DNA of 57,685 nt from an uncultured Lentisphaerota bacterium (lineage in GTDB: Bacteria; Verrucomicrobiota; Kiritimatiellia; RFP12; UBA1067), in contig ONVK01000003.1 of assembly GCA_900321255.1 (NCBI GenBank), positions 1-57,685 of the forward strand, read 5' to 3'. The notes beneath the pieces were generated by a model. The model had not been told where the DNA came from. It worked only from the letters and a program-made list of their open reading frames with translations, and did no database searches. The translations under genes were made by a program, and so were the position numbers. The first letter of the stretch is position 1, and each line of letters begins with the position of its first letter. Shown here piece by piece: positions 26,060-35,965 of the stretch.

Positions 26060-28306
26060 ATGAACGCTGAAATACTAAACCGCATGGTGACGGAGGTCGG
26101 GGCGAACGCACGCCAAATCTCCGCAGTCGAAAAGCTCCTTGCCGAAGGAAACACGATTCCGTTTATCGCGCGATACCGCAAGGAAGCGCACGGAAACCTC
26201 GACGAAGTCGCGATAGGCAAGATCAAGGACCGGCTCGAATACTACACAGAGCTCGAGGCCCGCAAGGAGACGGTTCTCAAGTCGATAGACGAACAGGGCA
26301 AGCTCACCGACGAACTTCGCGCCGCAATTGCCGGATGCTTTGTCAAGTCTCGCCTCGAGGACATCTACCAGCCCTACAAGCCGAAGCGCCGCACCCGCGC
26401 GCAGGTCGCGAAGGAGAAAGGGTATGAACCGCTCGCGGATGCAATCTGGGAAGGGCGCTCGCTCGAGTGGAACAGCGCCGCACCGACGGACGAGGATCTT
26501 CAGTTCGCGCGCGACATCATCGCCGAGCGCATCGCCGACAATGCCGACGTGCGCGGTTTCGTGCGTACGGAATTCGCGCGCCGTTCCAAAGTGAAGAGCG
26601 AAGTCGCGAGCCCCGCGCCGAAAGAGCCGACGAAGTTCGAGCAGTACTACGACTTCGAGGAGCCCATCGCGACGATTCCCTCGCACCGCTATCTCGCGAT
26701 TCGCCGCGGCCAGAAGGAAGGCGTCCTGTGGGTCAAGCTCGTTCTCGACGAAGATCCCGTCGTCGAGCGCATCGTGGAAATGGTGTCGGCGGTTCGCGGC
26801 GCGCGGCGAAACGAGACGTGCGACGAACAGCTTGAGCTAGCCGCTCGCGACGCCTACAGGCGGCTTCTCGCGCCGTCGTGCGAAATCGACGTGACTGTAG
26901 ACAAGAAGGCAGAGGCCGACCGCGCGGCCGTCGAGGTGTTCGCGGAGAACCTGCGTCATCTTCTCCTCGCCTCGCCGCTCGGCGAAAAGGCGGTCCTTGC
27001 GATCGATCCCGGCATCCGCACCGGCTGCAAGGTCGCGATGCTCGACTCGACGGGCAAGTACCTCGGCAAGACCGTCATCTTCCCTCAGCAGAACCCGCTT
27101 GAGGCCGCGAAGGCCGTCGCGATGATCGTCGCGAAATACCATGTTGAGGCGGTCGCCGTAGGCAACGGAACGGCCGGGCGCGAGACTGAGTCGTTCGTGC
27201 GCGACACGCTGAAGAAACTTCACGCACAGCACCCCGAGATTCCGACGCCGATCGTTGTCTCCGTGAGCGAGGCGGGCGCGTCTGTCTACTCCGCGAGCGA
27301 AATCGCGCGAAAGGAATTCCCCGACCTAGACCTCACCGTGCGCGGCGCGATCTCTATCGGCCGCCGCCTGCAGGACCCTCTCGCAGAACTCGTGAAGGTC
27401 GATCCAAAGGCGATTGGCGTAGGCCAGTACCAGCACGACGTCTCGCAGCCGCTTCTCGGCGCAAAGCTCGACGAAGTCGTAGTCTCGTGCGTGAACGGAG
27501 TCGGCGTCGAGCTCAACACGGCGTCGGCGCCGCTCCTGGAGCGCGTCTCCGGAATTACGCCGACGCTCGCGAAGAACATCGTCGAATGGCGCAACGAAAA
27601 CGGCAAGTTTTCCTCTCGCAACGACCTCAAGAAGGTGAAGGGGCTTGGCGACAAGGCGTTCGAGCAGTGCGCGGGCTTCCTCAGGATCCGCGGCGCGGCG
27701 AACCCGCTCGACTCGTCGGCGGTTCATCCCGAGCGCTATGCCCTTGTTGGCCTGATGGCCAGGGACGCGGGGCTTTCGGTGAGCGAACTCGTCGGCAATT
27801 CCGCCGCGGCGAAGAAGATAGACGTCAGGCGCTACATAACGAACGACGTCGGAGAGCCGACATTGAAGGACATCGTGAACGAGCTCGTGAAGCCGGGGCG
27901 CGACCCACGTGCGACATTCGAGCCGCCGAAGTTCCGCGACGACGTCACGAAGATAGAGGACGTGAAGGAGGGAATGAAGCTCGAGGGCGTCGTCACGAAC
28001 GTAACGGCTTTCGGCGCGTTCGTCGACATCGGCGTCCATCAGGACGGCCTTGTCCACCTCTCGGAGCTTTCCGACAATTTCGTCTCCGATCCCGCGTCAG
28101 TCGTAAAGGCGGGCGACCGTCTTCAGGTCACCGTTATCGGCGTCGACCGCGCGAGAGGGCGAATCTCGCTTTCCGCGAAGTCGAAGCCGACGATCGGCGG
28201 TGCAGCGGCGCCAGGCGCACCGAGGGCAAAGCGCGAGCCGCGCACGTCGTTCGGTCCCTCGTCCGGCTCCGGCGGCTTTTCCTGCAACCCCTTTGCCAAT
28301 CTGTGA
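26060..28306 (+). CDS. tex: Tex-family RNA-binding transcriptional accessory protein
   Basis: TIPFIARYRKE, DPGIRTGCK, GNGTAGRET, EAGASVYSAS, GVGQYQHD and a C-terminal S1 domain. Confidence 0.93.
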   Translation: MNAEILNRMVTEVGANARQISAVEKLLAEGNTIPFIARYRKEAHGNLDEVAIGKIKDRLEYYTELEARKETVLKSIDEQGKLTDELRAAIAGCFVKSRLEDIYQPYKPKRRTRAQVAKEKGYEPLADAIWEGRSLEWNSAAPTDEDLQFARDIIAERIADNADVRGFVRTEFARRSKVKSEVASPAPKEPTKFEQYYDFEEPIATIPSHRYLAIRRGQKEGVLWVKLVLDEDPVVERIVEMVSAVRGARRNETCDEQLELAARDAYRRLLAPSCEIDVTVDKKAEADRAAVEVFAENLRHLLLASPLGEKAVLAIDPGIRTGCKVAMLDSTGKYLGKTVIFPQQNPLEAAKAVAMIVAKYHVEAVAVGNGTAGRETESFVRDTLKKLHAQHPEIPTPIVVSVSEAGASVYSASEIARKEFPDLDLTVRGAISIGRRLQDPLAELVKVDPKAIGVGQYQHDVSQPLLGAKLDEVVVSCVNGVGVELNTASAPLLERVSGITPTLAKNIVEWRNENGKFSSRNDLKKVKGLGDKAFEQCAGFLRIRGAANPLDSSAVHPERYALVGLMARDAGLSVSELVGNSAAAKKIDVRRYITNDVGEPTLKDIVNELVKPGRDPRATFEPPKFRDDVTKIEDVKEGMKLEGVVTNVTAFGAFVDIGVHQDGLVHLSELSDNFVSDPASVVKAGDRLQVTVIGVDRARGRISLSAKSKPTIGGAAAPGAPRAKREPRTSFGPSSGSGGFSCNPFANL

Positions 28307-28317
28307 TGACACATATT

Positions 28318-28326
28318 TGGTATAAT
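28318..28326 (+). promoter_or_regulatory. Extended -10 element (TGGTATAAT)
   Basis: Intergenic, upstream of an AAGGA RBS and ATG 28350. Confidence 0.65.
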
Positions 28327-28349
28327 ACACGCATCAAGGAAAGACTCAG

Positions 28350-29558
28350 ATGCAGACAGTAACAGACTTATTTGCCGCGGCGGCTGGCAAGGCCAGCTTC
28401 ATCCGCAAGATGTTCGAGAAGGGCATCGAGCTCAAGCAGCAGTTCGGCGAAGACGCCGTTTGCGACTTCTCGCTCGGCAATCCGGACGTTCCGCCGCCGG
28501 AGGCGGCGCGCGCGGTCCTTCACAAGCTCGCCGACGACGCAATTCGCCCGCTCGGCCTCGGCTATTGCCCGAATGCAGGCATCCCCGCGGTGCGCGACGC
28601 AATTGCCGCGTATCTTTCGAAGCAGCAGGGCGTTGCGCTCAGGGGCGCCGACGTGATGATGACCGTCGGCGCGGCGAGCGCGCTTGTGTGCTTCTTCAGG
28701 GCGACGATCGACAAGGGCGACGAGGTGATCGTGCCGAGCCCGTACTTCGTGGAATACGGCAACTACTGCGGACATTTCGGCGGCATCCTCAAGCCCGTTC
28801 CCACACACGAGGATTTCTCGCTTGACGTCCCCGCGATTGCCGCGGCCGTGACGCCGAAGACTCGCGCCATTATCGTCAACTCGCCCAACAACCCGACTGG
28901 CGCAATCTATTCGAAGGACGAGCTTGCATCTCTCGTCGGCGTAGTGGAGCGCGTCAACGCCGAACGCGCCGAGAAGGGCGAACGTCCTCTTTTCCTTCTT
29001 TCCGACGAGCCCTATCGCGCGTTCGCCTACGACGGTGCGGAAGTTCCCGCGATACTACCGCTGTCGAAGTTCGCGCTTGTGCTTGGAAGCTTCTCGAAGA
29101 CGCTTTCGATGGCTGGCGAACGAATCGGATACATTGCCGTCAATCCAGCGCTCACCGCAGAGGACGGCGGCGCGATGATGACGACTCTTACGCTCGTAAA
29201 CCGTACGCTCGGCTATGTCAACGCGCCTGTCATAGGCCAGCGCCTCGCGGCCGCAATCTGCGACACAACCGTAGACCTCGACATCTACAAGCGCCGCCAC
29301 GACCTCATGGCGAAGGTGCTTGAGGACGCCGGGATCGAGTTCACGATGCCGCGCGGCGCTTTCTACTTCTTCCCGAAGGCGCCAGGAGGCGACGACGCAA
29401 AGTTCGTCGACGCACTTCTCGAGGAGAAGATACTCGCCGTCCCCGGCTCGGGCTTCGGCCGCGCCGGATACATCCGCCTGAGCTGCGCAGTGGACGAGAA
29501 GATCATCGCCCGCTCCGCTGAGGGCTTCAAACGCGCAAAGGAGAAATGCCAGAAATGA
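28350..29558 (+). CDS. Class I/II PLP-dependent aminotransferase (aspartate aminotransferase-like)
   Basis: DFSLGNP, NSPNNPTG, SDEPY, SFSKTLSMAGERIG and GAFY. Confidence 0.9.
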   Translation: MQTVTDLFAAAAGKASFIRKMFEKGIELKQQFGEDAVCDFSLGNPDVPPPEAARAVLHKLADDAIRPLGLGYCPNAGIPAVRDAIAAYLSKQQGVALRGADVMMTVGAASALVCFFRATIDKGDEVIVPSPYFVEYGNYCGHFGGILKPVPTHEDFSLDVPAIAAAVTPKTRAIIVNSPNNPTGAIYSKDELASLVGVVERVNAERAEKGERPLFLLSDEPYRAFAYDGAEVPAILPLSKFALVLGSFSKTLSMAGERIGYIAVNPALTAEDGGAMMTTLTLVNRTLGYVNAPVIGQRLAAAICDTTVDLDIYKRRHDLMAKVLEDAGIEFTMPRGAFYFFPKAPGGDDAKFVDALLEEKILAVPGSGFGRAGYIRLSCAVDEKIIARSAEGFKRAKEKCQK

Positions 29559-30529
29559 TCCTCTCGCTCATCGCATCCATCGTCGTCTCGACAAACTCCG
29601 TGACGCTCACCGCCGTCTCGACGGACTGCGGACTCGACGCGCAGATCGAGTTTTTCCTTGCCGGCCCTGACTCGGACCACGACTACGAGGCTATGTTCCT
29701 CGCCGAAGACAGCGTGAAGGACATCGCCGCGGCGTTTGAGAAAGCCGGAATGCCGCTTGGCAAGCCGGCGTCGGCCAAAAGCTGCCGCTTCTGGCCGATA
29801 GGGACGAAGGTGAAGATGGAGCCGGACTTGTGGTCGCTTGTCCGCGACATGCGCGACGAGCGCAGGCAGCCGATCGTCTGGACGGGCGGGACGAGAGAGC
29901 CGGACGGCGCGCCTGTCGCCGCGACGAACATGCCGCTCGCGGTGTTCGCGCTCTACAATCTGCCCCAGTCGCTTATGCAGTTCGACGACGCTCTTGACCA
30001 AAGCGCTACATACGGGCGCTTCCAGCCCGCGGTGAAGATACCGAAGGGCGAGAAGCGCACGTTCAAGTTCACGTGGACGGGCGAGACGAACGGCGGGAAG
30101 CACGAGATGACGCCCGACTTCCCGCCCGAGATGACAGTCGGCGACGCGATCAGGCTCGCCGGCGCGCTTTCGGAGCTCGATTCGCCCGCGACGAAGGTGA
30201 ACGGCTTCAAAGACGGGCAGTTCTTCTACCGCGCGTTCCTGCCGCGCGAGAGCTGGCGCGACCGCAAGGAGCGCCTGACCCAGCCATTTGAAGTCCGCTT
30301 TGCAGACGGCAGCCCCGCGCTCACGGTCATAAAGGAAGACTGGAGCGATCAGAACGCCACCGATCCGAAGCTTATCGCGGCAGAAGCGACCTTCGAATCT
30401 GTCGCGAAAGACGACAGGACGGATACCTGCTTCATCTATGCGCCAAAGTCGATGAAGCTTGCCGACGTCTATGCCGTCTGCAGGCTTCTCCCGAAGGCCG
30501 TCGTGAACTGGTACGTGTTCGGCGAATGA
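29555..30529 (+). CDS. Hypothetical exported protein, possibly YdjY-like
   Basis: Coupled ORF (ATGA overlap; alternative start 29546). Hydrophobic N-terminus; IEFFL...DYEAM...VWTGG resembles the YdjY domain. Confidence 0.5.
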   Translation: MILSLIASIVVSTNSVTLTAVSTDCGLDAQIEFFLAGPDSDHDYEAMFLAEDSVKDIAAAFEKAGMPLGKPASAKSCRFWPIGTKVKMEPDLWSLVRDMRDERRQPIVWTGGTREPDGAPVAATNMPLAVFALYNLPQSLMQFDDALDQSATYGRFQPAVKIPKGEKRTFKFTWTGETNGGKHEMTPDFPPEMTVGDAIRLAGALSELDSPATKVNGFKDGQFFYRAFLPRESWRDRKERLTQPFEVRFADGSPALTVIKEDWSDQNATDPKLIAAEATFESVAKDDRTDTCFIYAPKSMKLADVYAVCRLLPKAVVNWYVFGE

Positions 30530-30532
30530 GGC

Positions 30533-31804
30533 ATGGAGGGGCGCGAGACAGAACCGCTCGCCGCAAGGATGCGGCCAACGACGCTTGAAGAAGTTGTCGG
30601 GCAGGATCACATACTTGGCGAAGGCAAGCTCCTTCGCCGCGTGATCGAGGCGGATCGTCTCACGAACATAATCCTCTACGGGCCGCCGGGCTGCGGTAAG
30701 ACGACGCTTGCCGAGGTCGTCGCGAAGACGACGAAGCGCAACTTCGTGCGGCTTTCCGGCGTTCTTTCGGGCGTAGCCGACATCCGCAAGATCTGCGAAA
30801 GGGCGCGTGACGAGCTCGGCGGAAGGGGGACGATACTCTTCATCGACGAGATACACCGCTTCAACAAGTCGCAGCAGGACGTCCTCCTGCCGTATGTCGA
30901 GGACGGAACTGTCGTCTTGATCGGCGCTACGACGCACAACCCGAACTTCTTCATCAACACGCCGCTTACATCGCGTTCCCTCGTCTTCGAGCTTCATGCG
31001 CTTGAGCCCGCGGCGATCGCCCGGCTCCTTGAAAGGGCGCTTGCCGACAAGGAGAAGGGGTATGGCGCGACGCCTTCCCGGCTCGACGACGATGCGCGCG
31101 ACTTTCTCGCCGAAATCTGCGACGGCGACGCAAGGCACGCGCTCACCGCTCTCGAGATCGCTATGCGCTCGACGCCGAAGGGCGAAGACGGCGCTGTGCA
31201 CCTTACGCTCGACGTGATACAGGAATGCGTCCAACGGCGCCAGGTCAGATACGACAAGAAGGAAGACGGCCACTACGACACGATCTCCGCGTTCATCAAG
31301 TCAATTCGCGGGAGCGATCCAGATGCCGCCGTATATTGGCTTGGGAAGATGCTGACGGCTGGCGAGGATCCGCGCTTCATAGCGCGGCGGCTCGTAATCT
31401 CCGCCAGCGAAGACATCGGCAACGCCGACCCGCGCGGGCTCTCGGTCGCGGTCGCCGCGATGCAGGCGTGCGAATTCGTCGGCATGCCCGAGTGCGCAAT
31501 CAATCTTTCGCAGGCGACGACCTATCTTGCTACGGCGCCCAAGTCTAACGCGAGCTGCATGGCGATCTCCGAGGCGATGGCCGACGTGGAGGCGGGCGCG
31601 GTGCAGCCGGTTCCTGAGCATCTGAAGAACAAGCACGTAAAGGCGATTGGAAGCGCAGAGGTCACGGAATACAAGTATCCGCACAACTTTGCGAACCATT
31701 ACGTCAAGCAGGCCTACCTGACCATACCGAAGAAATACTACAGGCCGTCGCAGGAAGGGTATGAGGCGACCATATCCAAGCGGTTGGCGTCGCTGCCCCG
31801 CTGA
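30533..31804 (+). CDS. rarA: Replication-associated recombination protein A
   Basis: PLAARMRP, GPPGCGKTT, FIDEIHRFNKSQQD, HYDTISAFIKSIRGSDPD and ASEDIG. Confidence 0.95.
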   Translation: MEGRETEPLAARMRPTTLEEVVGQDHILGEGKLLRRVIEADRLTNIILYGPPGCGKTTLAEVVAKTTKRNFVRLSGVLSGVADIRKICERARDELGGRGTILFIDEIHRFNKSQQDVLLPYVEDGTVVLIGATTHNPNFFINTPLTSRSLVFELHALEPAAIARLLERALADKEKGYGATPSRLDDDARDFLAEICDGDARHALTALEIAMRSTPKGEDGAVHLTLDVIQECVQRRQVRYDKKEDGHYDTISAFIKSIRGSDPDAAVYWLGKMLTAGEDPRFIARRLVISASEDIGNADPRGLSVAVAAMQACEFVGMPECAINLSQATTYLATAPKSNASCMAISEAMADVEAGAVQPVPEHLKNKHVKAIGSAEVTEYKYPHNFANHYVKQAYLTIPKKYYRPSQEGYEATISKRLASLPR

Positions 31805-31846
31805 GCGCTTTTTTTTGCGCGTCATGCGCCCGCCCGGCCGGGAATT

Positions 31847-31855
31847 TGGTATAAT
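31847..31855 (+). promoter_or_regulatory. Extended -10 element (TGGTATAAT), probably giving a leaderless buk transcript
   Basis: 7 nt to ATG 31863; no SD sequence. Confidence 0.65.
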
Positions 31856-31862
31856 TCCCGCC

Positions 31863-32972
31863 ATGCAAAAATACAGGCTGCTCGTGATAAACCCCGGCTC
31901 GACCTCGACAAAGGTCAGCATCTTCGAGAACGAGGACTCAGTCTTCGAGAAGAGTCTCTTCCACGACTCTTCGGTGCTCCTTTCGTTTCCGCACGTGAAC
32001 GATCAGGTCCCTTTCCGCAAGGGCGTGATACTCGACATGCTCTCCGCCGAGGGCGTCGCACCGTCGTCCATCGACGCGTTCGTCGGGCGCGGCGGGAGCG
32101 CCTGCACGCAGTCAGGAGGCATAACGGCGATCGACCGGAAGCTCTACGACGACACCGTCGCGGCTGTCGGCGGCTCCGAGCATCCAGCGAAGCTCGGCGT
32201 CATGCTCGCCTGGGACTTCGCGCAGGAGTACGGCAAGCCGGCCTTCACGCTCAACCCGACAAACGTTGACGAATACTGCGACTACGCCCGGCTCACGGGC
32301 ATCAAGGGCGTCTACCGAGTGTCCCACTCTCACGTCCTCAACCAGAAGGCCGTCGCCGAGTTCCACGCCTCGAAGCTCGGCAGGAAGTACGAGGACTGCA
32401 ACTTCATCGTCGCGCACATCGACGGCGGCATAACGGTGAGCGCGCACGAGCGCGGAAAAATGGTCGACGGAAACATGGGCGCGGACGGCGAGGGCGCGTT
32501 CACGCCGACGCGCATCGGCTCGGTTCCGGTCCTTCAGCTTCTCGACTACATCGAGGCCCATTCGGTCGAGGAGGTGCGCCTAAGGTGCTCGCGAGCGGGC
32601 GGATTCGTCGATCTCTTCGGCACATCCAACTCCGACACGATCCACTCGCTCGTGGACAGTGGAGACCGCAAGGCGACGCTCGTCTGGAATACGATGATCT
32701 ACCAGATATGCAAGATGATCGGCGAGATGTCGGCTGTCCTCTGCGGCAAGGTCGACGCCATTCTCCTGACGGGCGGGCTCGTCCGGTTCCATGACATTGT
32801 CGACGGCATAAGGACGCGCTGCGGTTTCATAGCGCCGATCGCGGTCTACCCTGGCGAGATGGAGCAGGAGGCGCTCGCGATTCCCGCGCTCAAGGTTCTG
32901 CGCGGCGAACTTAAGGCCCAGGCCTACAGCGGCAGAAACGTCTGGCCAGGTTTCGGCGACATCGGACTGTAG
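31863..32972 (+). CDS. buk: Butyrate / branched-chain carboxylate kinase
   Basis: LVINPGSTSTK, VGRGG, HVLNQKAVA, GAFTPTR, LLTGG and YPGEME. Confidence 0.9.
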   Translation: MQKYRLLVINPGSTSTKVSIFENEDSVFEKSLFHDSSVLLSFPHVNDQVPFRKGVILDMLSAEGVAPSSIDAFVGRGGSACTQSGGITAIDRKLYDDTVAAVGGSEHPAKLGVMLAWDFAQEYGKPAFTLNPTNVDEYCDYARLTGIKGVYRVSHSHVLNQKAVAEFHASKLGRKYEDCNFIVAHIDGGITVSAHERGKMVDGNMGADGEGAFTPTRIGSVPVLQLLDYIEAHSVEEVRLRCSRAGGFVDLFGTSNSDTIHSLVDSGDRKATLVWNTMIYQICKMIGEMSAVLCGKVDAILLTGGLVRFHDIVDGIRTRCGFIAPIAVYPGEMEQEALAIPALKVLRGELKAQAYSGRNVWPGFGDIGL

Positions 32973-32977
32973 CCGTC

Positions 32978-33017
32978 CTCCAAACTCCCAACTTCAAACA
33001 TCAAACTTCAAACTAAA
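32978..33017. repeat. Short tandem 7-mer repeat (consensus CTTCAAA)
   Basis: CTCCAAA CTCCCAA CTTCAAA CATCAAA CTTCAAA CTAAA fills the buk-pta gap. Confidence 0.75.
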
Positions 33018-33020
33018 CAG

Positions 33021-33962
33021 ATGCGGCTCATAGACAGAATACGCGCCAAGGCGAGATCCTCGATCAAGCGCATTGTGCTCCCCGAGGGCGACGAACCCCG
33101 CACGATCAAGGCGGCAGAGACGGTCCGCGCCGAAGGTCTTGCAGAGCCGATTCTCCTTGCCCCCGAATCCATCGCGGCAGATGCGCCGCGCCGCGAGCGG
33201 TATGCGGAGGCGCTCTACGAGCTTCGGAAGGCGAAGGGGCTTACGGAGGAAGCGGCAGCGAAGCTCGTCTCGGATCCGATGTACTTCGGCATGATGATGG
33301 TCAAGCTCGGCGACGCAGACGGCCTTGTCTCCGGCGCGGTTCATTCGACGGGCGACATGCTTCGCCCGGCGCTCCAGATAATCAAGACCGCGCCTGGGAT
33401 GAAGCTCGTTTCGTCGAGCTTCCTCATGGAGTGCCCGAACCGAGGGATGGGCGAGGACGGGCTCCTGGTCTACGCCGACTGCGTGGTTAACCCGAATCCA
33501 AACGCCGAGGAGCTCGCCAACATCGCCGTCGCCACCGCGGATACCGCGCGCAGTCTGTGCGGGATCGCGGAACCCCGGGTTGCGATGCTTTCGTTCTCGA
33601 CGAAGGGGAGCGCGAACCACGCTCTCGTCGACAAGGTGCGCGAGGCGACGGAGATCGCGCATTCGCTTGCGCCCGATCTGCTTCTTGACGGCGAGCTGCA
33701 GTTCGACGCTGCGCTTGTCCCGGAGGTCGCCGCACAGAAGGCGAAGGGGAGTCCCGTCGCTGGACGCGCGAACGTCCTGGTGTTTCCCGATCTCCAGTCC
33801 GGAAACATCGGCTACAAGATCACGCAGCGCCTCGGCGGTGCCTCGTGCTTTGCCGTCCTTCAGGGGCTTGCGAAGCCGTGCAACGACCTTTCGCGCGGCT
33901 GTTCGGCCGACGACATCGTGAACACCGTCGCCGCGACCGCCGTCCAGGGCGTCCACTTGTGA
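33021..33962 (+). CDS. pta: Phosphate acetyltransferase
   Basis: IVLPEG, GLVSGAVHSTGDMLRPALQIIKT, AMLSFSTKGS, DGELQFDAA, GNIGYK and NDLSRG. Confidence 0.93.
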   Translation: MRLIDRIRAKARSSIKRIVLPEGDEPRTIKAAETVRAEGLAEPILLAPESIAADAPRRERYAEALYELRKAKGLTEEAAAKLVSDPMYFGMMMVKLGDADGLVSGAVHSTGDMLRPALQIIKTAPGMKLVSSSFLMECPNRGMGEDGLLVYADCVVNPNPNAEELANIAVATADTARSLCGIAEPRVAMLSFSTKGSANHALVDKVREATEIAHSLAPDLLLDGELQFDAALVPEVAAQKAKGSPVAGRANVLVFPDLQSGNIGYKITQRLGGASCFAVLQGLAKPCNDLSRGCSADDIVNTVAATAVQGVHL

Positions 33963-33980
33963 GATTCCGATGACGGTTTT

Positions 33981-33989
33981 TGGTATAAT
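33981..33989 (+). promoter_or_regulatory. Extended -10 element (TGGTATAAT)
   Basis: Intergenic, upstream of an AAGGAG RBS and ATG 34021. Confidence 0.65.
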
Positions 33990-34020
33990 ATAAGTCAAGC
34001 AAAGCAAAAGGAGAAACTCT

Positions 34021-34848
34021 ATGAAGAAACTTGTTGTTGTGGTTAAAGACATGAAGAAGTTCATTTTGAGTTGCCTGTGTGCTCTTGCGGCCGTTGTTCT
34101 TTCGGCCGATGAGATGGCGAAGAAGCCCGTTGCGGCGGTTTCCGTGGAGAAGCCAGCCGCTGCAGTCCCGGCGAAGGAGCCGATTCGCGTGGCGTGCGTT
34201 GGCGACAGCATCACGTATGGCCATGGCGCCTCTAATCGCGCGAAGACGAGCTATCCCGCTCAGCTCCAGACGCTCCTCGGCGACGAATGGTCCGTCGTCA
34301 ATTTCGGGCACAACGCGCGCACTGCGCTCGACGACGGCAAGGAATGGAACGGGAAGGGCGGCATGGGCTACCGCAAGTCGCCCGAGTTCGCGAAGGCGCT
34401 TGCGAGCAAGCCGGATATCGTTGTCTTCATGCTTGGGACGAACGACTCGAAGCCCGTCAACTGGGACGGCAAGTCGGACGACGTCAAGCGCGACTACGCG
34501 AAGCTTGTCGACGACTTTCTCGCCCTCGACCCCAAGCCCGTCGTCGTGATTGCAGCGTCGCCGTTCGTCAAAAAGGACTCGTTCTCTATCCGCGAGAGCG
34601 TCGTTGGCGGCGAGCTCGTCCCGTGGCAGCGAGAGTTTGCGTCAAAGCGCTCGCTGCCGCTCGTCGACGCATACGCCGTGACAAAGGCGGCCGCCGACAA
34701 GTCGTACATCGGCGACGGAGTGCATCCGAACGACGCTGGATACGGCGTCATCGCCGCGGCGTTCGCCGAGAAGCTGCGCGGGCTCCGCGGCGGATTGGAC
34801 GCGCGAGGCGGAGAAGCCCGGAATCTCAATGGAAAGGAACCAAAATGA
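34021..34848 (+). CDS. Secreted SGNH/GDSL-family esterase
   Basis: Signal peptide (alternative start 34051); GDSITYG, LGTND and DGVHP. Confidence 0.88.
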   Translation: MKKLVVVVKDMKKFILSCLCALAAVVLSADEMAKKPVAAVSVEKPAAAVPAKEPIRVACVGDSITYGHGASNRAKTSYPAQLQTLLGDEWSVVNFGHNARTALDDGKEWNGKGGMGYRKSPEFAKALASKPDIVVFMLGTNDSKPVNWDGKSDDVKRDYAKLVDDFLALDPKPVVVIAASPFVKKDSFSIRESVVGGELVPWQREFASKRSLPLVDAYAVTKAAADKSYIGDGVHPNDAGYGVIAAAFAEKLRGLRGGLDARGGEARNLNGKEPK

Positions 34849-35855
34849 AGATTGCCACACTTGCCGCGGTCATGGCGGCTGCCTCGGCCGCATTCGGAGA
34901 ACTTGCCGTCAAGGACGGCGACACGCTTGCGTTCCTCGGCGACTCTATCACGCAGCAGGGGCAGGGCAGCCCCGACGGATACGTCAACCTCGTACTGCGC
35001 TCGCTCGCTCTCGAGGGTGTGTACGTCAATCCGGTGAAGGCCGGCATCAGCGGGAACAAGTCAAACGACATGCTGGCGCGGCTCGACAGGGACGTTCTCT
35101 CCCGGAAGCCGAAGGTGATGACCCTCTCGTGCGGCGTCAACGACGTGTGGCACCACGACTGGAACAAGGGCGTGTCGCTCGAGGACTACAAGAAGAACAT
35201 CTCGGCGATATTCGACAAGTGCGCTGCGTCGAACTGCCAGGTCGTCGTGCTGACGGCGACCATGTTCGAGAAGCCCGAGATGGAGAAGTTCAAGCACAAC
35301 GTCATGGTCGCGCCCTACAACGAATGGCTCCGCGAAGAGGCGAAGCGCCGCGGATACCCGGTCGCGGACCTCAACGCCGACATGTGGAAGGCGCATGCCG
35401 ACGATCCGTCGGTGAAGCTGACGCGCGACGGCGTGCACATGCTCCCCGAGGGCAACCGCCTGATGGCACGCGGCGTCCTGCGCGCGCTCGGCATGGCGGA
35501 GGAACGCGTCGCCTCTCTCGACTGGGAGAACTGGAAGCCTGTCTGGGTCCTCTGCCGCTTCGACCTGAAGCCCGACGCAGACAAGGCCGACTACCTTGCT
35601 AAGACGAAGTCCGTCTTGGCGGCGGTCCGCACCGAGCCCGGCTGCTGCGAGTACCGGCTCCTCGGCGACGCCGAGACCGACTGGGACAAGCCACAGCGCT
35701 TCGGCGACCGCACGCTCTGGATGCTCGAGAAGTGGCTCTCTGTCGGCGAGCTCAAAGCGCACCTTGCGACGCCCCACATGAAGAAGTTCGGCCCGTCGGT
35801 CGCCCCGATGCGCACGTCGTCCTCTTTCCATGTGCTTGAGGACGTGCTGCCTTAG
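34845..35855 (+). CDS. Secreted SGNH/GDSL esterase fused to a C-terminal ABM (antibiotic biosynthesis monooxygenase-like) domain
   Basis: Signal peptide; GDSIT, GISGN, GVNDV and DGVH. Then VRTEPGCCEY...MLEKW...HLATPHM, typical of ABM/YgiN domains. Confidence 0.8.
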   Translation: MKIATLAAVMAAASAAFGELAVKDGDTLAFLGDSITQQGQGSPDGYVNLVLRSLALEGVYVNPVKAGISGNKSNDMLARLDRDVLSRKPKVMTLSCGVNDVWHHDWNKGVSLEDYKKNISAIFDKCAASNCQVVVLTATMFEKPEMEKFKHNVMVAPYNEWLREEAKRRGYPVADLNADMWKAHADDPSVKLTRDGVHMLPEGNRLMARGVLRALGMAEERVASLDWENWKPVWVLCRFDLKPDADKADYLAKTKSVLAAVRTEPGCCEYRLLGDAETDWDKPQRFGDRTLWMLEKWLSVGELKAHLATPHMKKFGPSVAPMRTSSSFHVLEDVLP

Positions 35856-35965
35856 TCTTCCCCATCCTCGGCCTCGAATTCTGATCAAGGCGATTTTCGG
35901 GCGATTCGCCTGCTTCCCCTTAAGAGGGGATGGTGGACGCTTCGGCCAAATGATACAATGAGACC

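Noticed and set aside
34021-34060. Double MKK start (ATGAAGAA twice, 30 nt apart)
   Set aside because: Probably just start-site ambiguity; nothing supports a functional role.
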